DNA from: Vulcanimicrobiales bacterium
GTDB lineage: Bacteria > Vulcanimicrobiota > Vulcanimicrobiia > Vulcanimicrobiales > Vulcanimicrobiaceae
Reading direction: 5' to 3'
Assembly: GCA_038231455.1 (NCBI GenBank)
Contig: JBBRLI010000005.1
Location: 126,032 to 190,031, forward strand
Length of the DNA stretch: 64,000 nt
Shown: one piece after another, positions 30,118 through 40,164 of the stretch
Layout: every line of letters starts with the position of its first letter
How positions within the stretch are numbered: the first letter of the stretch is position 1
Position numbers and translations under genes: made by a program
The notes under the pieces: generated by a model
Database searches by the model: none
Seen by the model: the letters and a program-made list of their open reading frames with translations, nothing else
What the model was told of the DNA's origin: nothing

Positions 30118-30663
30118 CTAGGCGATCGGCTCGCTACGGTCTCCGGCTAGCAGCAATTGCGGCTGCTGCGAGAACGCGTACGAACCGTCTGGCTGACGAT
30201 CGAAGATCCACACAACATCGAAACAGTCGTCGGGCCACGCTTGCGGTGCGCTCGCATTGCCGAGAATCGCATTTGCGATCAAGGGAATGCGTTTATGCTC
30301 CCATGCAATCAGCGCGACGCCGCTCGATGCAAGGATGTAGCGCACCAGCGCCGTTTCTTCCTCGAGTGTGAAGCGCGTCTCCGGTTCGACATGTAGGCCT
30401 TCGGCGACCGCGACGATCGTCTCGAAGGGACGACCGTGATCGCCTTGCGTGCCGTGACTCGGCGGAGAATAGACGGCGGTCGGCCGTTGTACGCTCGGCG
30501 AGCGTGAATCGCAGAAGAAGGGCACGAGCGCTCCCGCGCGTTGCCAGCCACGCACGATGAGCGAGTGCGGATGCGGCTCGCCATCACGATCGATGCCGTA
30601 CGGTTTGCCGATGAGTGCCGGTTTCTCCGCGTGCCGGATGACCAGAATTTGCTGCGGACCCAT
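30118..30663 (-). CDS. Histidine phosphatase (phosphoglycerate mutase) superfamily protein
   Basis: IRHAEKP, RGWQRA, RPFET, IAWEH and WPDDCFDVVW motifs. Confidence 0.8.
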   Translation of the reverse strand: MGPQQILVIRHAEKPALIGKPYGIDRDGEPHPHSLIVRGWQRAGALVPFFCDSRSPSVQRPTAVYSPPSHGTQGDHGRPFETIVAVAEGLHVEPETRFTLEEETALVRYILASSGVALIAWEHKRIPLIANAILGNASAPQAWPDDCFDVVWIFDRQPDGSYAFSQQPQLLLAGDRSEPIA

Positions 30664-32384
30664 TAGGCGCGTGCCTCCGCCGGACGGCCGACACGCGTGC
30701 GCGCGTTCGTATACCAGACCATGCCGGGCCCGGCGTCGCGCTGCTTGCGGACGTACTTCCGTTCGGTGTAGTCGACTTCGACACGATCGCTTGTTTTTGC
30801 GCGGCTATGGGCTGCGGCAAGGTGTGCCGCAGCATCGAGATCGTCATCGGAGAGTTCGATGCTTGGCGCTGGGACGAGCACGACGTGCGAACTTGGAATG
30901 TTGCGGGCGTGAAACCAGAGGTCGTCGGGCTTTGCGATCCGGAACGTAACCTCAACGTTCTCGCGCGGCGAACGTCCGACATACGCACGCGCACCAGAGG
31001 GCAAGTCCACGTGCAGCGGCGCACGACGTTTTTTCGCCTGCTGTGTCGATGCTTTGGGACGGGCTTTTCCGTCGAGGTCGTCGAGCGCAGCCGCGATTTC
31101 AAGAAAGTCGATCGGCTCGGCACGTTCGAGTTCAAAGGCGAGATCCTCGAACGACGCGATGAGCGTCTCCAACTGGGCGAGGCGCCGTTCCAAGTGGGGG
31201 ATCGCCGCGCTCAGCTTGCGATAACGCACGAAAACCGCGGCCGCATTCTCTTTTGCATCGAGCTTGGGGTCGAGCGTGATGATGAGCGCCGGATCGTCCG
31301 GCGACGCGAAGCTGGTCGTTCCCGGCTCGATTGCGTGCGCGTAGGCGTAGAGGGTTTCACCACTTGCGCGTAAGAGATTGCGGCCGCTTGCGTCGTCGCG
31401 CTTCGCGATCACCGCTGCACGTTCGCGCTTGAGCGTTTCGAGACGTTTGGAAATGCGCAGTGCGAGCGCCCGACGCCGACGGTCACTTGCACCCGATGCA
31501 TCGCGTGAGGTTTTCGCGTCGCGCGCCGCGCCGAGCAACGGAAGAAGATCGCGTTCGCGGGTCAGCGTGAGGGCAGCGAACTGCGCGAGGGGCAACACGT
31601 GTGCGGCGTTCAGGAGGCCGTTTGCGTCTCGATAGGCGTACACATCACCCAAACCTTCGGGTTCGCCTGCGGTCGAACCGATGACGCCGTCGGCGCGATC
31701 GACGAGCCACGTCGCAAGCCGGTCCGACGTCGGCCAGGGAATCGCTTCGCTCTCGATGACGATCGATTCGGCAATGGCGCGCGGCAAGAGCGGGACGTGG
31801 GCTCCGAGGCCCCGCACGCGCGCGGCGCGGTCGCCCGCTAGTGCCAAGACAAGCCCGGGCCGATCGAGTCGCGGCTCGGGTCGGGGCGGTGGTTCGTACG
31901 CGCCGCCCACTTGAATGCTGCGCGCTGCGTTTTCCGCCGGTGAGAATTGCTTGGCCGCCGCGACGATCACCTGATCTTTGAGGACGACCGCATTCCCAAA
32001 GCGCGGAATTAGTTCGAGAATCAGCGACGACTCCGTCCCGACCCCGAAACGCGACTGCGTCCCAAAGGTGAGCAGCAGGACCCGGTCCCCCCGCCGCGCC
32101 CGCACCGTTCCGAGTCGCATCCCGCGCAGAGTCACGCCGGCCGCCCGCGCCCAGCCGGGATCGCCCGCGAGGGTCAACTCCTCGTGCACGAGCGTCGCTA
32201 GGGGGGGCGTGCCGAACACATCGACGGCCAAGGTCACCTCGCTGCGACCTTTGCCGCGCAGGCCTCCGAAGCGGACGGCAAAGCGCCCGTCCTCGAGGAG
32301 CCCGACGTCCGTTACCCGGCCGCCGCGCAGCGCTCGCTCGAGTTCGATCGCCACCCGGCGCATGAGAATCCAATCGGTGATCAC
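30663..32384 (-). CDS. rqcH: Ribosome quality control factor RqcH (NFACT/FbpA family)
   Basis: GTG 32384 (VITDWILMRR). GDRVLLL, ENAAAVFVRYRK, YVGRSPREN, DLWFHAR and VDYTERKYVRK motifs. Confidence 0.9.
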   Translation of the reverse strand: MITDWILMRRVAIELERALRGGRVTDVGLLEDGRFAVRFGGLRGKGRSEVTLAVDVFGTPPLATLVHEELTLAGDPGWARAAGVTLRGMRLGTVRARRGDRVLLLTFGTQSRFGVGTESSLILELIPRFGNAVVLKDQVIVAAAKQFSPAENAARSIQVGGAYEPPPRPEPRLDRPGLVLALAGDRAARVRGLGAHVPLLPRAIAESIVIESEAIPWPTSDRLATWLVDRADGVIGSTAGEPEGLGDVYAYRDANGLLNAAHVLPLAQFAALTLTRERDLLPLLGAARDAKTSRDASGASDRRRRALALRISKRLETLKRERAAVIAKRDDASGRNLLRASGETLYAYAHAIEPGTTSFASPDDPALIITLDPKLDAKENAAAVFVRYRKLSAAIPHLERRLAQLETLIASFEDLAFELERAEPIDFLEIAAALDDLDGKARPKASTQQAKKRRAPLHVDLPSGARAYVGRSPRENVEVTFRIAKPDDLWFHARNIPSSHVVLVPAPSIELSDDDLDAAAHLAAAHSRAKTSDRVEVDYTERKYVRKQRDAGPGMVWYTNARTRVGRPAEARA

Positions 32385-32467
32385 GGAAGGGGCTCTTCGC
32401 GGTTCTTGTGAATTCCCAGTGTTTGCCCGCACCTCGCGGGTCGATGCTTGGTTGAGGGAGGCACGTT

Positions 32468-33085
32468 CTGTCCGGGCCGGGTTTGCTCTTCGTGCTCTCG
32501 GGTCCCTCGGGAGCGGGAAAAGACACACTGCTGGGTGAGTTGTTGCCGCGTCAAGAACGGCTGATCAAGTGCGTTTCAGCGACCACCCGCGCGCCCCGCG
32601 CCGGCGAAGTCGATCGAACGGACTACTTTTTCCTCGAGCGGGGCGAATTCGTGAAGCGCCGGGATGCCGGCGGTTTCCTCGAATGGCGCGAATACAACGG
32701 GAACTTTTACGGAACTCCGCGTGCCTTTATCGAAGAACAACTCAGCCAAGGCAACGATGTCATCGCCAAACCCGAAGTCAACGGCGCTCTCGCGATCAAG
32801 TCCCATTTTGAAGACGCCGTTCTGATCTTCACCGTCCCGGACCGGTTCTCGCGCCTGGCATCGCGGCTCGCCGCCCGCCAAACCGAAACCAACGAAGCGA
32901 TCGCAATTCGCTTGGAAATCGCCCATGAAGAACTCCAAGCCATTCGATCCTTCGATTACCTCGTCATCAACGAAGAAGCCCGGCCGCAGGATGCGGTCGA
33001 CGATCTGGCAGCGATCGTCCGCGCGGAACGATTCCGCATCCATCGGTACTCCGACTCAACGATAAGGACACTGGAACAAACATGA
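32468..33085 (+). CDS. gmk: Guanylate kinase (probable CTG start; alternative TTG 32483)
   Basis: LSGPSGAGKDT, SATTRAPRAGEVD, YNGNFYGTP and FDYLVIN motifs; GGAGG lies 6 nt before CTG 32468. Confidence 0.96.
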   Translation: MSGPGLLFVLSGPSGAGKDTLLGELLPRQERLIKCVSATTRAPRAGEVDRTDYFFLERGEFVKRRDAGGFLEWREYNGNFYGTPRAFIEEQLSQGNDVIAKPEVNGALAIKSHFEDAVLIFTVPDRFSRLASRLAARQTETNEAIAIRLEIAHEELQAIRSFDYLVINEEARPQDAVDDLAAIVRAERFRIHRYSDSTIRTLEQT

Positions 33086-33300
33086 GCGACTCGGTTTTCG
33101 GCGATCTCGACGGCCTCTTGGAGCACGTCGACTCCAAATTCACCTTGGTCAACGTGGTGACGAAGCGTGCCAAACAACTCAACAACGGCGCCCCGCCGCT
33201 CTCCGATAAGGTGAACCCGAACAAACCCGTTTCGACGGCGTTCAACGAAGTCCGCAGTGGGAAGATCGGCTACAAACGCAACAAAGACGGAATCAAGTAA
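33082..33300 (+). CDS. rpoZ: RNA polymerase omega subunit
   Basis: SKFTLVNVVTKRAKQL and KPVSTAFNE motifs; canonical gmk-rpoZ order. Confidence 0.95.
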   Translation: MSDSVFGDLDGLLEHVDSKFTLVNVVTKRAKQLNNGAPPLSDKVNPNKPVSTAFNEVRSGKIGYKRNKDGIK

Positions 33301-33366
33301 CGTAAAGCAAGCGTAAGCGCGTGCGAACGCGCAAGAAGATGCTCCCTCGATCCCGTACATAGCGAT

Positions 33367-35205
33367 ATGTGCGGGATTGTTGGTTATATTGGGGAGCGCG
33401 ATAGCGTTCCGATCATTTTGGATGCGTTGCGGCGACTCGAATATCGCGGCTACGATTCCGCTGGAATCGCCGTCATCGATGTCGATGGCGCGCTGACCGG
33501 CTCCAAGGCCGAAGGCAAGCTGCAGAATCTTGCGGATCGTCTGGCCAATGGCGAGCCGCTCTCGGGCAAAGTCGGCGTCGGCCACACGCGCTGGGCCACG
33601 CATGGGCGGCCCTCCGATGCGAACGCGCATCCGCACATGGATTGCAGCGGCAAATTCGCCGTCATCCACAATGGAATCATCGAAAACTACGGTCCGCTGC
33701 GCACGCGTCTGATCGCCGATGGCCACGTTTTCAAAAGCGAAACCGACACCGAAGTTCTCGCCCATCTTCTCGAAGAAAACTACAACGGCGATTTGGTGAC
33801 CGCCGTGCGTCACACGCTCGGTCAGGTTCGCGGAGCGTTTGCGCTGGGTGTGATCTCGGCCGATTCGCCCGACTCGCTGATCTTCGCACGCAATGGAGCC
33901 TCACCGCTCATCGTCGGCATTGGTGAGGGCGAGATGTTCGTCGCATCCGATATTCCCGCGATGCTGCAATATACGCGGCGCGTCGTCATTCTCGAAGAAG
34001 GCGAAGTCGTCGCGGTAGGACGCGACGGGTACGAGCTTACGGCGTTCGACGGCAAGCGCGTCGAACGCGAAGTTCAACAAATCGCGTGGGATGCGAGCTC
34101 GGCGGAAAAAACCGGCTTCAAGCATTTCATGCTCAAGGAAATCTTCTCGCAGCCCAACGTCATCAAAGAGACGCTGGCCGGACGCATCGATGAATCGAAC
34201 GACGTGCAGTTGCACAGTGAGATCAACATCGATGAGGGCTTCTTGCGCGCGATGACCAAAATTTCGATCACCGGCTGCGGCACCGCGTACAACGCCGGCA
34301 TGATCGGCATGTATATGATGCGCGCGCTCTGCAAATTGCCGGTCGAGATGGAACTGGCAAGCGAATTTCGCTACGGCGACCGGGCGATGGACCCGCGCAC
34401 GCTCACGATTGCGATGTCGCAATCCGGTGAGACCGCCGATACGATCGAGGCGATCAAAGTCGCAAAAGAAGCCGGTGCTCCGATTCTTGGCATCTGCAAT
34501 GTGGTCGGGTCGCACCTTACGCGCATGGCTGACGGTACGCTGCTGACGCGCGGCGGTCCCGAAATCTCCGTTGCCGCAACCAAAACCTACGTCGCCCAAG
34601 CCATTGCCGCAACGCTTTTCGCCGTGTATCTGGCGCGCATCCGGAAGAGCGCGGATATCGTCCGCTTGCGCGAAATCGCCGAAGGCACGCGCCTGCTGCC
34701 GGCGGCAATTGACGTCGTGCTCAATTCCTCGGACGAGATCCGCAAGATTGCCAAGAAACTCCGGAAGGCGCGTTCGGTGCTCTTCCTCGGCCGCTATGTC
34801 AACTTTCCGACCGCACTCGAAGGCGCGCTCAAACTCAAAGAGATCAGCTACATTCATGCTGAGGGCTACGCCGCGGGCGAGATGAAACACGGTCCGATCG
34901 CGCTCCTCGACTCGAAAGTCCCGGTCGTTGGAATCATGACGGAAGGCCGCGTTCGCGAGAAGATGCTCTCGAATCTCGCCGAGGCCAAAGCCCGCGAGGC
35001 ACCGATTCTCATCATCGGAAACCACGACGACCATGAAGCCGAGGCTCTGGCTGACTACTTCATCCCCGTCCCCGTGGTGGACGAATTGCTCTCGCCGATC
35101 GTCAACGTGATTCCGCTGCAGTTGCTTGCTTATCACATCGCAGACCTCGATGGCAAGGATGTCGACCAGCCGCGCAATTTGGCGAAAACCGTCACGGTCG
35201 AGTAG
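33367..35205 (+). CDS. glmS: Glutamine--fructose-6-phosphate transaminase
   Basis: MCGIVG, LEYRGYDSAG, GHTRWATHG, SQSGETADT and DVDQPRNLAKTVTVE motifs. Confidence 0.98.
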   Translation: MCGIVGYIGERDSVPIILDALRRLEYRGYDSAGIAVIDVDGALTGSKAEGKLQNLADRLANGEPLSGKVGVGHTRWATHGRPSDANAHPHMDCSGKFAVIHNGIIENYGPLRTRLIADGHVFKSETDTEVLAHLLEENYNGDLVTAVRHTLGQVRGAFALGVISADSPDSLIFARNGASPLIVGIGEGEMFVASDIPAMLQYTRRVVILEEGEVVAVGRDGYELTAFDGKRVEREVQQIAWDASSAEKTGFKHFMLKEIFSQPNVIKETLAGRIDESNDVQLHSEINIDEGFLRAMTKISITGCGTAYNAGMIGMYMMRALCKLPVEMELASEFRYGDRAMDPRTLTIAMSQSGETADTIEAIKVAKEAGAPILGICNVVGSHLTRMADGTLLTRGGPEISVAATKTYVAQAIAATLFAVYLARIRKSADIVRLREIAEGTRLLPAAIDVVLNSSDEIRKIAKKLRKARSVLFLGRYVNFPTALEGALKLKEISYIHAEGYAAGEMKHGPIALLDSKVPVVGIMTEGRVREKMLSNLAEAKAREAPILIIGNHDDHEAEALADYFIPVPVVDELLSPIVNVIPLQLLAYHIADLDGKDVDQPRNLAKTVTVE

Positions 35206-35215
35206 CGAAGACAAA

Positions 35216-35246
35216 TGCCGACTCTTGGTCGCATCAAGAGTTGGTA
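35216..35246 (+). terminator. Stem-loop after glmS (possible terminator or 3' stabiliser)
   Basis: TGCCGACTCTTG-gtcgcat-CAAGAGTTGGTA 10 nt after the stop; no clear U-tract. Confidence 0.4.
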
Positions 35247-35309
35247 AGGTCACATGTGGGATGCGAAGGGAATCCTTAGAGATGTCGAAGGTACGTTTCG
35301 AGGTCATGT

Positions 35310-36161
35310 ATGTCTGTATCGCCCGTTCAACCGCCGTTTTCGACCTCGCCCGATGTACCGATTATCGACGCGCTTGATAACGGTGAGGCGAGCTCGGCGC
35401 TCCATGTGGATGGCCTTGCCGACGTCGCCGATTGGACGGCAGCGAAGGTTCTTGTCGAGCACCTCTTCGCGCGCTCGACACATGACATTTTAGGGATCGA
35501 GTATGCTCTCGGCTACCGCCTGGCACACGGGCTTACCGGCGGCGACATCGTCGATGTGTACCACTTCGATAACGGTGCGGTCTCGTTTTCGATCGCGGAT
35601 ATCTCGGGCAAAGGCTCGCAAGCGGCGATCCACGCAGCGCTCGTCAAGTACGGTCTGCGCGCGTACGCATCGCAAGGGCTCACGGCCGAGCGCGTGTTGC
35701 GTTCGCTCGATCGTTTATATATCGAGAATACGACCTTCGAGCGGATCGAATCGTTCGCGAGCGTTTTTTTCGGTGTCGTCGATGCGACGCGCCGGACGCT
35801 CACGTATGCCTCAGGCGGACATGAAGCAGCGGCGATCGTCATTCCCGGGAAGGCTCCGCGTCTGCTCGAGCCGACCGCCCCGCTCATCGGTGTGTTTGAC
35901 GATCAACACCATCTTTTCAAACAGGCCCACGTCGAACTGCCCCCGGGAACACTCCTCGTTGCGACGACGGACGGAATTACTGAAGCTCGCTCGCCCGAGG
36001 GAGCGTTTTTCGGCGTCGAGGGGTTTCTGGACGTCGTCGAAGAGTTCGCTACGGCCTCGACCGAAGCGATCGTCGCTGCGCTGCTCGATCGCTCCGCAGC
36101 CCACGCCGGAACGCGAGCGATCCGCGACGATATCGCGGTTCTCGCGACGCGCTTTACTTAG
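35310..36161 (+). CDS. PP2C/SpoIIE (RsbU-like) Ser/Thr phosphatase
   Basis: GGDIVD, IADISGKG, YASGGH, TDGITEAR and DDIAVL motifs. Confidence 0.93.
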   Translation: MSVSPVQPPFSTSPDVPIIDALDNGEASSALHVDGLADVADWTAAKVLVEHLFARSTHDILGIEYALGYRLAHGLTGGDIVDVYHFDNGAVSFSIADISGKGSQAAIHAALVKYGLRAYASQGLTAERVLRSLDRLYIENTTFERIESFASVFFGVVDATRRTLTYASGGHEAAAIVIPGKAPRLLEPTAPLIGVFDDQHHLFKQAHVELPPGTLLVATTDGITEARSPEGAFFGVEGFLDVVEEFATASTEAIVAALLDRSAAHAGTRAIRDDIAVLATRFT

Positions 36162-37156
36162 CGCAGAACTTCGAAACCCAACCGCTCGAGCATCGCGAAA
36201 TCATCGGCATCGCTGCGGCCGCTCGTGGTGAGGTAGTTGCCGATCACAAGGCCACTCGCGCCGCTTTGCATGCCCAAATCTTGCAACCCTTGCAGCGTGA
36301 TTTCGCGTCCTCCGGCGAAGCGCACGAGCGCTTTTGGCATCGCAAGACGCACCATCGCAACGAATCGTAAAGCCTCGGTCGGTTCGACAAGCGACTTATC
36401 TTGAAACGGCGTCCCCGGTCGCGGATTGAGGAAGTTCACCGGAACTTCGGCGGGTTCGAGCGCTTGCAGCTCGCAGAGAAAATCGAGCCGATCCTCGATT
36501 GTCTCACCCATGCCGATGATGCCGCCGCAGCACAGTTCGAGACCCTGCGTTTTAACGAGGCGGCACGTATCGAGCCGCTCGTCGTAGCTGTGCGTCGTGC
36601 ACACGTTCGGAAAATGCCGACGTGAGGTTTCAAGATTGTGATTGACCTTGTCGACGCCGGCTGCCGCAAGTTTCACAAGGTGTGCTTCGGTCAGGATGCC
36701 GAGCGACACCGCGACCGTCAGGGGTAATTCTTCTTTGATGCGCACGACCGCGGCGCACACGCGCTCCAGCAGCACGGGCGAAGGGCCGCGCACGGCGACG
36801 ACGATGCAGAATTCGGTGGCGCCGCGCTCGTGTGCTGCGCGCGCCGCGATGACGAAGTCTTCGACTTTGCCGAGCGGCTCGCGCTCGACGTCGGATGCAA
36901 AGCGCGCGCTTTGCGAGCAGAAGTGGCAGTCCTCGGAGCAGCCGCCCTTTTTCGCATTGTACAGCACTTCGACGCCTGCGACATCGCCGTAATACCGGCG
37001 GCGCACGTCGTCGGCAAGGGCCAGGACGTGGGGAACGAAACGTGCATCCAGCGTGGCGATCGCCGCGAGCTGATCGCGCGTCAGCGCGAGGCCATCCTCG
37101 ATAAGCGTGCGGCGGGCGTCGGCGATGGCGGGATGCTCGAGCGTTTCTTCGATCAT
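36158..37156 (-). CDS. bioB: Biotin synthase
   Basis: ATG 37156. CSEDCHFCSQS radical-SAM motif; NHNLET, CCGGIIGMGE, VPVNFL and AGGRE motifs. Confidence 0.97.
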   Translation of the reverse strand: MIEETLEHPAIADARRTLIEDGLALTRDQLAAIATLDARFVPHVLALADDVRRRYYGDVAGVEVLYNAKKGGCSEDCHFCSQSARFASDVEREPLGKVEDFVIAARAAHERGATEFCIVVAVRGPSPVLLERVCAAVVRIKEELPLTVAVSLGILTEAHLVKLAAAGVDKVNHNLETSRRHFPNVCTTHSYDERLDTCRLVKTQGLELCCGGIIGMGETIEDRLDFLCELQALEPAEVPVNFLNPRPGTPFQDKSLVEPTEALRFVAMVRLAMPKALVRFAGGREITLQGLQDLGMQSGASGLVIGNYLTTSGRSDADDFAMLERLGFEVLR

Positions 37157-37821
37157 GCGGGTCCTTTGAATGCGGCGTGGGCGGCGAACAGGTCGGCCGC
37201 GTGGTCGACGGAGATTACGACATCGGGTTCGTACGGCAGACGTGCGATGGTTGAAGCATACGCTTCGAGTCGTGATTCCACTTCTTGCACATAGTCGGGA
37301 CGGACGTCGCCGAAGCGGTCGACGAGAACCAGTCCGCAGACGCTTCCGCCGCGAGCACGCAGGTACTCGAGGGTCAAAATCGCGTGGTTGATGCAGCCGA
37401 GGCGAAGACCAACGACGATGATGACCGGGAGGGCGCACCGCAGCGCAAGGTCGCCGATCGTCTGATGCTCGTTGAGCGGGACGGCGACGCCGCCCGATCC
37501 CTCGACAACCAGCGCCCCCGCGAAGGCCTCGATTTTCGTCGCCAAATCTTCAGCAAGCGGCGGCTTTTTGAGGGCATAGTTTGCGGCGCTCCACGGATCG
37601 GCCGGCGCGCGAAAGCGCAGCAGCTCGTCAAACGCGCATTCCGCAAGCGCGCCAGCGAGGGCCGCATCGCCGATCTCTTCTCGATGGAGTCCGGTCTGCA
37701 CGGCTTTGACGATCGTGACATCCCAGCCGTTGTGCCGCAGCGCTTTTGCCACGCCCGCAGCGACGCGCGTCTTGCCGACATCGGTGTCGGTCCCGGTGAT
37801 GAAGAAGCGGGGAGCGTTCAT
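37153..37821 (-). CDS. bioD: Dethiobiotin synthetase
   Basis: FITGTDTDVGKT, KAVQTG, VEGSGG and LGCINH motifs. Confidence 0.96.
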   Translation of the reverse strand: MNAPRFFITGTDTDVGKTRVAAGVAKALRHNGWDVTIVKAVQTGLHREEIGDAALAGALAECAFDELLRFRAPADPWSAANYALKKPPLAEDLATKIEAFAGALVVEGSGGVAVPLNEHQTIGDLALRCALPVIIVVGLRLGCINHAILTLEYLRARGGSVCGLVLVDRFGDVRPDYVQEVESRLEAYASTIARLPYEPDVVISVDHAADLFAAHAAFKGPA

Positions 37822-38882
37822 CGGACGATCTCCAATAGTGCGGTTGCCAGGCGGTCGATCTCCGCGTCCGTATGATCGGCGCGGATCGTGATGCGAAGCT
37901 GTTCGTCGCCGGGAGCGACGGTTGGCGGTCGGATCGCCGGGGCAATGATTCCGCGGTCGCGCAGCGCCGCCGCGTACGCAAGCGCCCGTTCGCGCGACCC
38001 AACGTGCAAGGGAACGATCGGGCCATCCGCCGTGATCGCGGGAACCGCGGCTTTGAGTCGCGCGACGAGCGCGAGCAATCGCCCGCGGCGGGCATCGCCC
38101 TTACGGATCAGCTCGAGTGCCACGCGGGCGGCGCGCGCGAGACTCGGCGGAAGACTCGTATCGAAGATAAACGATCGCGCCGTGCTCATCAAGAGCTCGA
38201 TGAACGGAGCCGGCCCGGCAACGAATCCGCCCGCGCAGCCAAACGACTTTGAGAGCGTGCCCATAATGACGACCCGCGGATCGTCGAACCCAGCGGCGAT
38301 CCCCGCACCTTGCGGGCCGACGACGCCAAGGGCGTGCGCTTCATCGAGGATGAGGATGTCATCCTCCCCGAGTTGTGCGAGCAGTGCCGCTAGGTCGATC
38401 CTGCGCCCGCTCATCGAGAAGAGCGTCTCACTGACGATCGTTGCGGGTCCATCGTGCGGGCGCGCCGGGAGCGTTTGGAAAATCGTGCGTTTCAGTTTTG
38501 AGAGTCGCAGCGCGTCGATGATACACGCGTGATTCTCGCGGTCGGAATAAGCGGTGCGCGTTACGAGCGCTGCGGTGTGTACTGCTCCAAGTGCGGCAAG
38601 ATACCCGGAGGAAAAAAGCAGCGCGCGTTCGCGCCCGAGAAACGACGCGAGTTCCGTTTCGAGGAACCCGTGTTCGTCATGCGCGCCCGCGAGCAGCCGC
38701 GATCCGCCCGAGCCGACGGTCGATTGCGGCGCGGCGGCAGCGATGACGGCGGGATCGCGCGCGAGTCCTAAATAGTCGTTCGACGAAAAATCAAGCTCGT
38801 CGCCGCACGGCCGAATCGTTCGGCGCAGACCGGAGGTGTCCAGGGCGTCCAGTGCCGCGTGTACGCGCTCGAGATAACTCAT
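37818..38882 (-). CDS. bioF: 8-amino-7-oxononanoate synthase
   Basis: FSSNDYLGL, GSGGSRLL, DEAHALG, GTLSKSFG and IRPPTV motifs. Confidence 0.95.
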   Translation of the reverse strand: MSYLERVHAALDALDTSGLRRTIRPCGDELDFSSNDYLGLARDPAVIAAAAPQSTVGSGGSRLLAGAHDEHGFLETELASFLGRERALLFSSGYLAALGAVHTAALVTRTAYSDRENHACIIDALRLSKLKRTIFQTLPARPHDGPATIVSETLFSMSGRRIDLAALLAQLGEDDILILDEAHALGVVGPQGAGIAAGFDDPRVVIMGTLSKSFGCAGGFVAGPAPFIELLMSTARSFIFDTSLPPSLARAARVALELIRKGDARRGRLLALVARLKAAVPAITADGPIVPLHVGSRERALAYAAALRDRGIIAPAIRPPTVAPGDEQLRITIRADHTDAEIDRLATALLEIVR

Positions 38883-40105
38883 ACGAGCTCCGCAGCGAGC
38901 GCATCGAGAAACCCGTCGAGTTCACCGGCTGTCGTACAGAGCGGTGGGACGAGTTGGATCACGTTCCCGATCGGACGCGTGAAGTGTCCGCGTCCGTAGA
39001 GCCGATCGGCGATGCCCCAGGCCTTCGTCCGCGACGAACCCGCCGGTGGAAGCGTGTCTTCATCGAGTTCGATCCCGCACATCAAACCGACCTGACGAAC
39101 GGTCCTCACGTGTGAATGCTCGGCAAACATCGCGAGCCGCGCCGTCAGCTGCGCCGATCGTGCCTCGACTTTTGCAAGCGTTGCTTCGCGGTCGAAGAGC
39201 GCGTAAGACGCGCGTGCTGCGGCGCACGCGATCGGGTTTGCCGCATAAGAATGGCCGTGGAAGAAGTGGCGCTGCTCGCCGGATCCGTCATCGAGAAACG
39301 CATCGTACACGCGAGCGGTCGTCAGCGTCGCTGAAAGCGCGAGCGTTCCGCCCGTAATGCCTTTGCCCAGACACACGATGTCGGGGCGCATCGCCGTTTG
39401 CTCGTACGCGAACAGCGTTCCGGTGCGCCCGAATCCCGTCGCGATCTCATCCACGATGAGCAGCGGCGCGCGCGGTCCGGCGAGCGGTGCATACGCAGCG
39501 GGTGGAAGCGTTCGCATTCCGGCGGCGGCCTGCACGAGTGGTTCCACGATGACTGCGGCAACCGTCGGATCGGCGAGCGTCGCGTCGATCGTAGCATCAT
39601 CGAGTGTCGCAAAGCAGAGCGCACCGAATCTGCTGCGAAAGAGCGGGATATCCGAAACGCTCATCGCGCCGACGGTATCGCCGTGATACGACGAACGCAG
39701 GTGAACGAAACGCGTCCGCTGCGGCTCGCCGAGGTTCTGCCAATATTGAATCGCCATTTTCAACGCCGCTTCGACCGCGCTTGCACCGTCGCTTGAGAAG
39801 AAGGCCCGGTCAAGTCCGCTTGCGGCGCAAAGTTCGCCTGCGAGCGCTTCGGCAACATCGTTTGCCGCGCCCAAGGCGGTCGCATGGTCGAGCGTGCGCG
39901 CTTGGCGTTCGATCGCCTCGACGATCGTGGGGTGCGAATGCCCGTGGATGGTCGTCCAGACCGATGAGATCGCATCGAACGTGCGGTGGCCGCGGGCGTC
40001 GATGAGATGCGTGCCGGTTGCCCGGACGAAGGTACGCGCGCTCGGATCGAACGACGACATCGGAGTAAAAGGAAGCCAAAGGTGTGCGGCCGTCGCCAAA
40101 ATCAT
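38879..40105 (-). CDS. bioA: Adenosylmethionine-8-amino-7-oxononanoate aminotransferase
   Basis: [38 protein letters not shown] and HGHSY motifs. Confidence 0.96.
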   Translation of the reverse strand: MILATAAHLWLPFTPMSSFDPSARTFVRATGTHLIDARGHRTFDAISSVWTTIHGHSHPTIVEAIERQARTLDHATALGAANDVAEALAGELCAASGLDRAFFSSDGASAVEAALKMAIQYWQNLGEPQRTRFVHLRSSYHGDTVGAMSVSDIPLFRSRFGALCFATLDDATIDATLADPTVAAVIVEPLVQAAAGMRTLPPAAYAPLAGPRAPLLIVDEIATGFGRTGTLFAYEQTAMRPDIVCLGKGITGGTLALSATLTTARVYDAFLDDGSGEQRHFFHGHSYAANPIACAAARASYALFDREATLAKVEARSAQLTARLAMFAEHSHVRTVRQVGLMCGIELDEDTLPPAGSSRTKAWGIADRLYGRGHFTRPIGNVIQLVPPLCTTAGELDGFLDALAAELV

Positions 40106-40164
40106 GCCTCGCGTGCGGGAACCGCGCAGGCTTCAACTCAGCGGCAAATAACCATTTGACCGAC

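Noticed and set aside
33301..33366. Possible glmS ribozyme upstream of glmS
   Set aside because: The spacer is only 66 nt and lacks the AGCGCC...GACGAGG core.
33901..35307. 468-aa antisense ORF over glmS (and many similar shadow ORFs)
   Set aside because: It mirrors a well-conserved gene, which is expected in high-GC DNA, and has no recognisable motifs.
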